A stretch of DNA of 64,000 nt from Trichodelitschia bisporula (taxonomy: Eukaryota), in contig ML996700.1 of NCBI GenBank assembly GCA_010356995.1, forward strand, positions 248,001-312,000. Direction: 5' to 3'. The notes beneath the pieces were generated by a model that saw nothing but the letters and a program-made list of their open reading frames with translations, was not told the origin of the DNA and did not search any database. Made by a program: the position numbers and the translations under genes. Shown here in pieces: positions 61,216 through 64,000 of this stretch (the stretch's first letter is position 1; each line of letters opens with the position of its first letter).

Positions 61216-62287
61216 CTGGCCTATGTTGCAGTCACTAGGCTAAAACTTCTGCGTTGAACGGTCAAGAGCAGCGCTTGGAAGCTATGTACCGGTAGAACGC
61301 GCTGAAGCTGGGTGCAGGGGAGGCTGGGGTTGCGGAAGTCGCGACTTCGGCATACGAGTTAATCCGCTGGTGAACTGGGAAGCGATAGCTTGGCAATCTG
61401 TTCCGCGGTCATGTGATACGTAGTAGAAATACGTTGATGAAAGGTACAGTACCGTATATATTTCGTAGCGGCTAGGGAAAGGAACAGCAGGGGAAGGAGA
61501 AGCTGCAGGGACTTGGGGAAAGGGACAAGAAGGCGTAAACCAGCTGCTTGGCCGACATGGGTCAGAACTGAGGATGAGAGGGCAGGAAGCTCTCGAAGAG
61601 CCCTGCAGACCGTCGAGCCGGGCAAATCAGGTGCACTGGAAAATTCCACGTCGGCTTCTTCAACCGACAAGCACATGCTCATCGATATACACATGTAATT
61701 GTACCGCACGGAGTACATTGATCCATTTGACGCTCTAAGACGTCCCGAGCTCTCTCTTAGCCGGCCCCTTGCCTAGCTTCCGACTTTTGCTGGCAGAAGC
61801 TCATATAAGCTCCGACGGCTTCATGAAAGTGGTCCTCACAAAACGCCGACGTCATTCCATTGCTTAGCTCCCTTTCAAAAAGAGGGCTTAAGCCGCCATC
61901 TTCGGATCGAAGCTCTGTGCTGATGTCTTGAGGGCTTGTTGTATCCCCAAGTCCTCACCCTTCATACTCCGTACACCTTCACTATCCTGCTGCCCAGTCC
62001 TTTCTGACAGCTTGTCACTTTCTTTCTTCGTCACCAAAAAAGTGACCTGACAGAGACCCACGTGCGCTGAATGTGAACGCCTCATTTGCTTGGAGCCCGC
62101 TTCTCGAGGCGCGCTACCTTGAGCTTCACGCGCTTGACCCCCCCCCCCCACCATCCTCTGCAATCACTTCCATAAAACCCGCCAACCACTCGCCGAGTTT
62201 GTGGACAGAATCAGCCTCGCAGCAAACACATATTCCTATGAAACTCACTCGTTGATCAGTCATGCGCATTGGCCCTGCATTCCCATC

Positions 62288-64000
62288 ATGTCGCAGAACG
62301 TCACCCAAGCTGCTGCTGCTGCTCATGCCACAGCGGCTGTTGCCAAATCCGCAGACACCAACACAACCTTTGGCCTCTTCGCTTGGGTCATCCTATCCGT
62401 TCTGAGAGTCATTCCAGGCTTGCTCTACCACGTCGTCACCTTCACCACCATTACCATCCCCACATGGCTCTACAGGGTCTTGTCCATCAGCCTCACTGTC
62501 ACGGTCAATTTCAGTACATTGGCCTTCATTGGTGTTGCCTGCCTTTCGACTGTCAGCTATCTCGTTCGATACCGCTACCACACCTATGCTCGTTTGCCAG
62601 CCGAACCGCCGCGGAAAGAGCCCGAGGTTGAAGTCTTTCCAGACCCCCAATCTGGCGACGCTAAACCCGGCTTATCCAATTATCTTGATGAATTCCTGAG
62701 TGCCATCAAGGTTTTTGGCTATCTCGAGAGGTTGGTGCATCATCATTACAGTATCAGTCGTTTGCTAAGCAGCCAGACATGTTTTTCATGAGCTCACTCG
62801 AACCATGCAAACGCGAAAGCTGGTTGCTGGTGAGACAGTGTTGCTTGAAGACGAAAATGGCTTCTGTCTAGTGGTTGAAGGTGCCGTTCAGATCTTTGTT
62901 CGCTCCAGGCGTGACGAGTATGAGGCAAAAGATGGCTTCGAGTCGGACGATGAGTCGTCGCCTCCAGGAAACCGACAAGGATACCAGCTAATCACAGAGG
63001 TCAAGAACGGAGCGCCAATGTCATCTCTCTTCAGCATTCTCTCATTGTTCACAGAAGACGTGAAACTAAAACACGGTGACGACGAGCCTCCTGCGTCTGC
63101 CGGGTTTAGCCCAACGCATGTGCAAGGGGATGCCGCTCGTTCCCAAGCGACACCGGAACCCAATACGCCGCTTCAGAGTCCCGTCAATTTCTTCCCTGAC
63201 CCCCGTCAAGGCTCCCTCCACAGGAGGACGCAGTCGAACCTTGCCAGTCCCGCAGTCGGTGGACGACTTCCCATACCACCTCTTACGCTCGACCCAACGG
63301 AGGATGCAAAGAAATCCCGGAGCCATGTTCCTCACAACCATCGCGAATACCGGAGGCATCTCTCAGCGCATCCCGATATCGTTGCGAGGGCCGCGGTGGA
63401 CTCGACCATCGCCATTATCCCGGCTTCGGCATTCAAGCGCCTTACCAAGATGTACCCACGCGCAACTGCTCACATTATCAATGTGATTTTGACCCGCTTC
63501 TACCGGGTTACGCTGGTTACCGGCCACCAGTATCTTGGATTGACGCAGGAGATACTGCGGACCGAGAAATTGATGAACCAGTACACCACATGCGACTTGC
63601 CGGACTACCTCCGTGATTCGGCCTTGGTTCGACTCAAGGAGAAGTTTGCAAAAGAACGGGAACGTATCGGACCTGATGAGAGAATGAAGGGTCTCGCCCT
63701 CCATAACCCTCGAGTTGGCCGCCGCCGAGGCTCTAGCTCCGCTTTACGGAAAGAAGCCTCGCTACAGGCACGACTTGCGGCCGCCCGTTCCATGGGCGCT
63801 CGATCTCCGGATACCCCCTTTTCAGAAATCGACAGAGTAGGTATCAGTGCGGGCGATTTGCTGGCCAATGGACGCAGATTTTCATTCTCGCAGCCGCTCC
63901 AGACGCCGATGGTTACGCGACGTGGTGCTCGTTCTCCCCTCGACCAGAGCTATTTCCGTCCTCGTACCATGAAATACGACCACCAGGAGTCTGTTGACGA
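62288..64000 (+). CDS. NTE1: Lysophospholipase NTE1, 5' part (truncated at window end)
   Basis: N-terminal TM segments, [37 protein letters not shown], cNMP-binding-like region ([24 protein letters not shown]); intron 62731-62776. Confidence 0.9.

Noticed and set aside
1..64000. Transposons, RIP-degraded AT-rich blocks, telomerase-RNA template, CRISPR arrays, biosynthetic clusters
   Set aside because: No terminal repeats, transposase/RT motifs, AT-rich islands, TAACCCTAA template, spaced repeats or PKS/NRPS motifs seen by eye.

Overview
Gene-dense, intron-containing eukaryotic DNA from a filamentous ascomycete (Pezizomycotina). The assignment rests on short GT..AG introns with CTAAC/CTGAC branch points and on the presence of NoxR and a TRAPPC12-like gene. 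About 25 protein-coding genes can be assembled by hand: an HSL-family alpha/beta hydrolase, NoxR, CCS1, a PARP-type zinc finger/AT-hook protein, an Ifh1/Crf1-like protein, RRP3, SSF1, a TRAPPC12-like TPR protein, ILV2, a UPF0132-like membrane protein, a HAD hydrolase, profilin, ISA2, NST1, RHO2, mitochondrial mL40, PCM1, GUD1, ARP9, the 5' part of NTE1, and several hypothetical proteins. I found no transposon, tRNA/rRNA, CRISPR array or secondary-metabolite cluster, so this looks like a core housekeeping region and I cannot support a wholly new system. The best leads are a probable Ifh1/Crf1 homologue next to the RRP3-SSF1 pair, a zf-PARP protein with about 7 AT-hooks, clusters of a CCGTAC/TACGGA motif in promoter regions, and several splicing oddities. 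Family calls come from recalled motifs, not database searches, and exon boundaries are read by eye.
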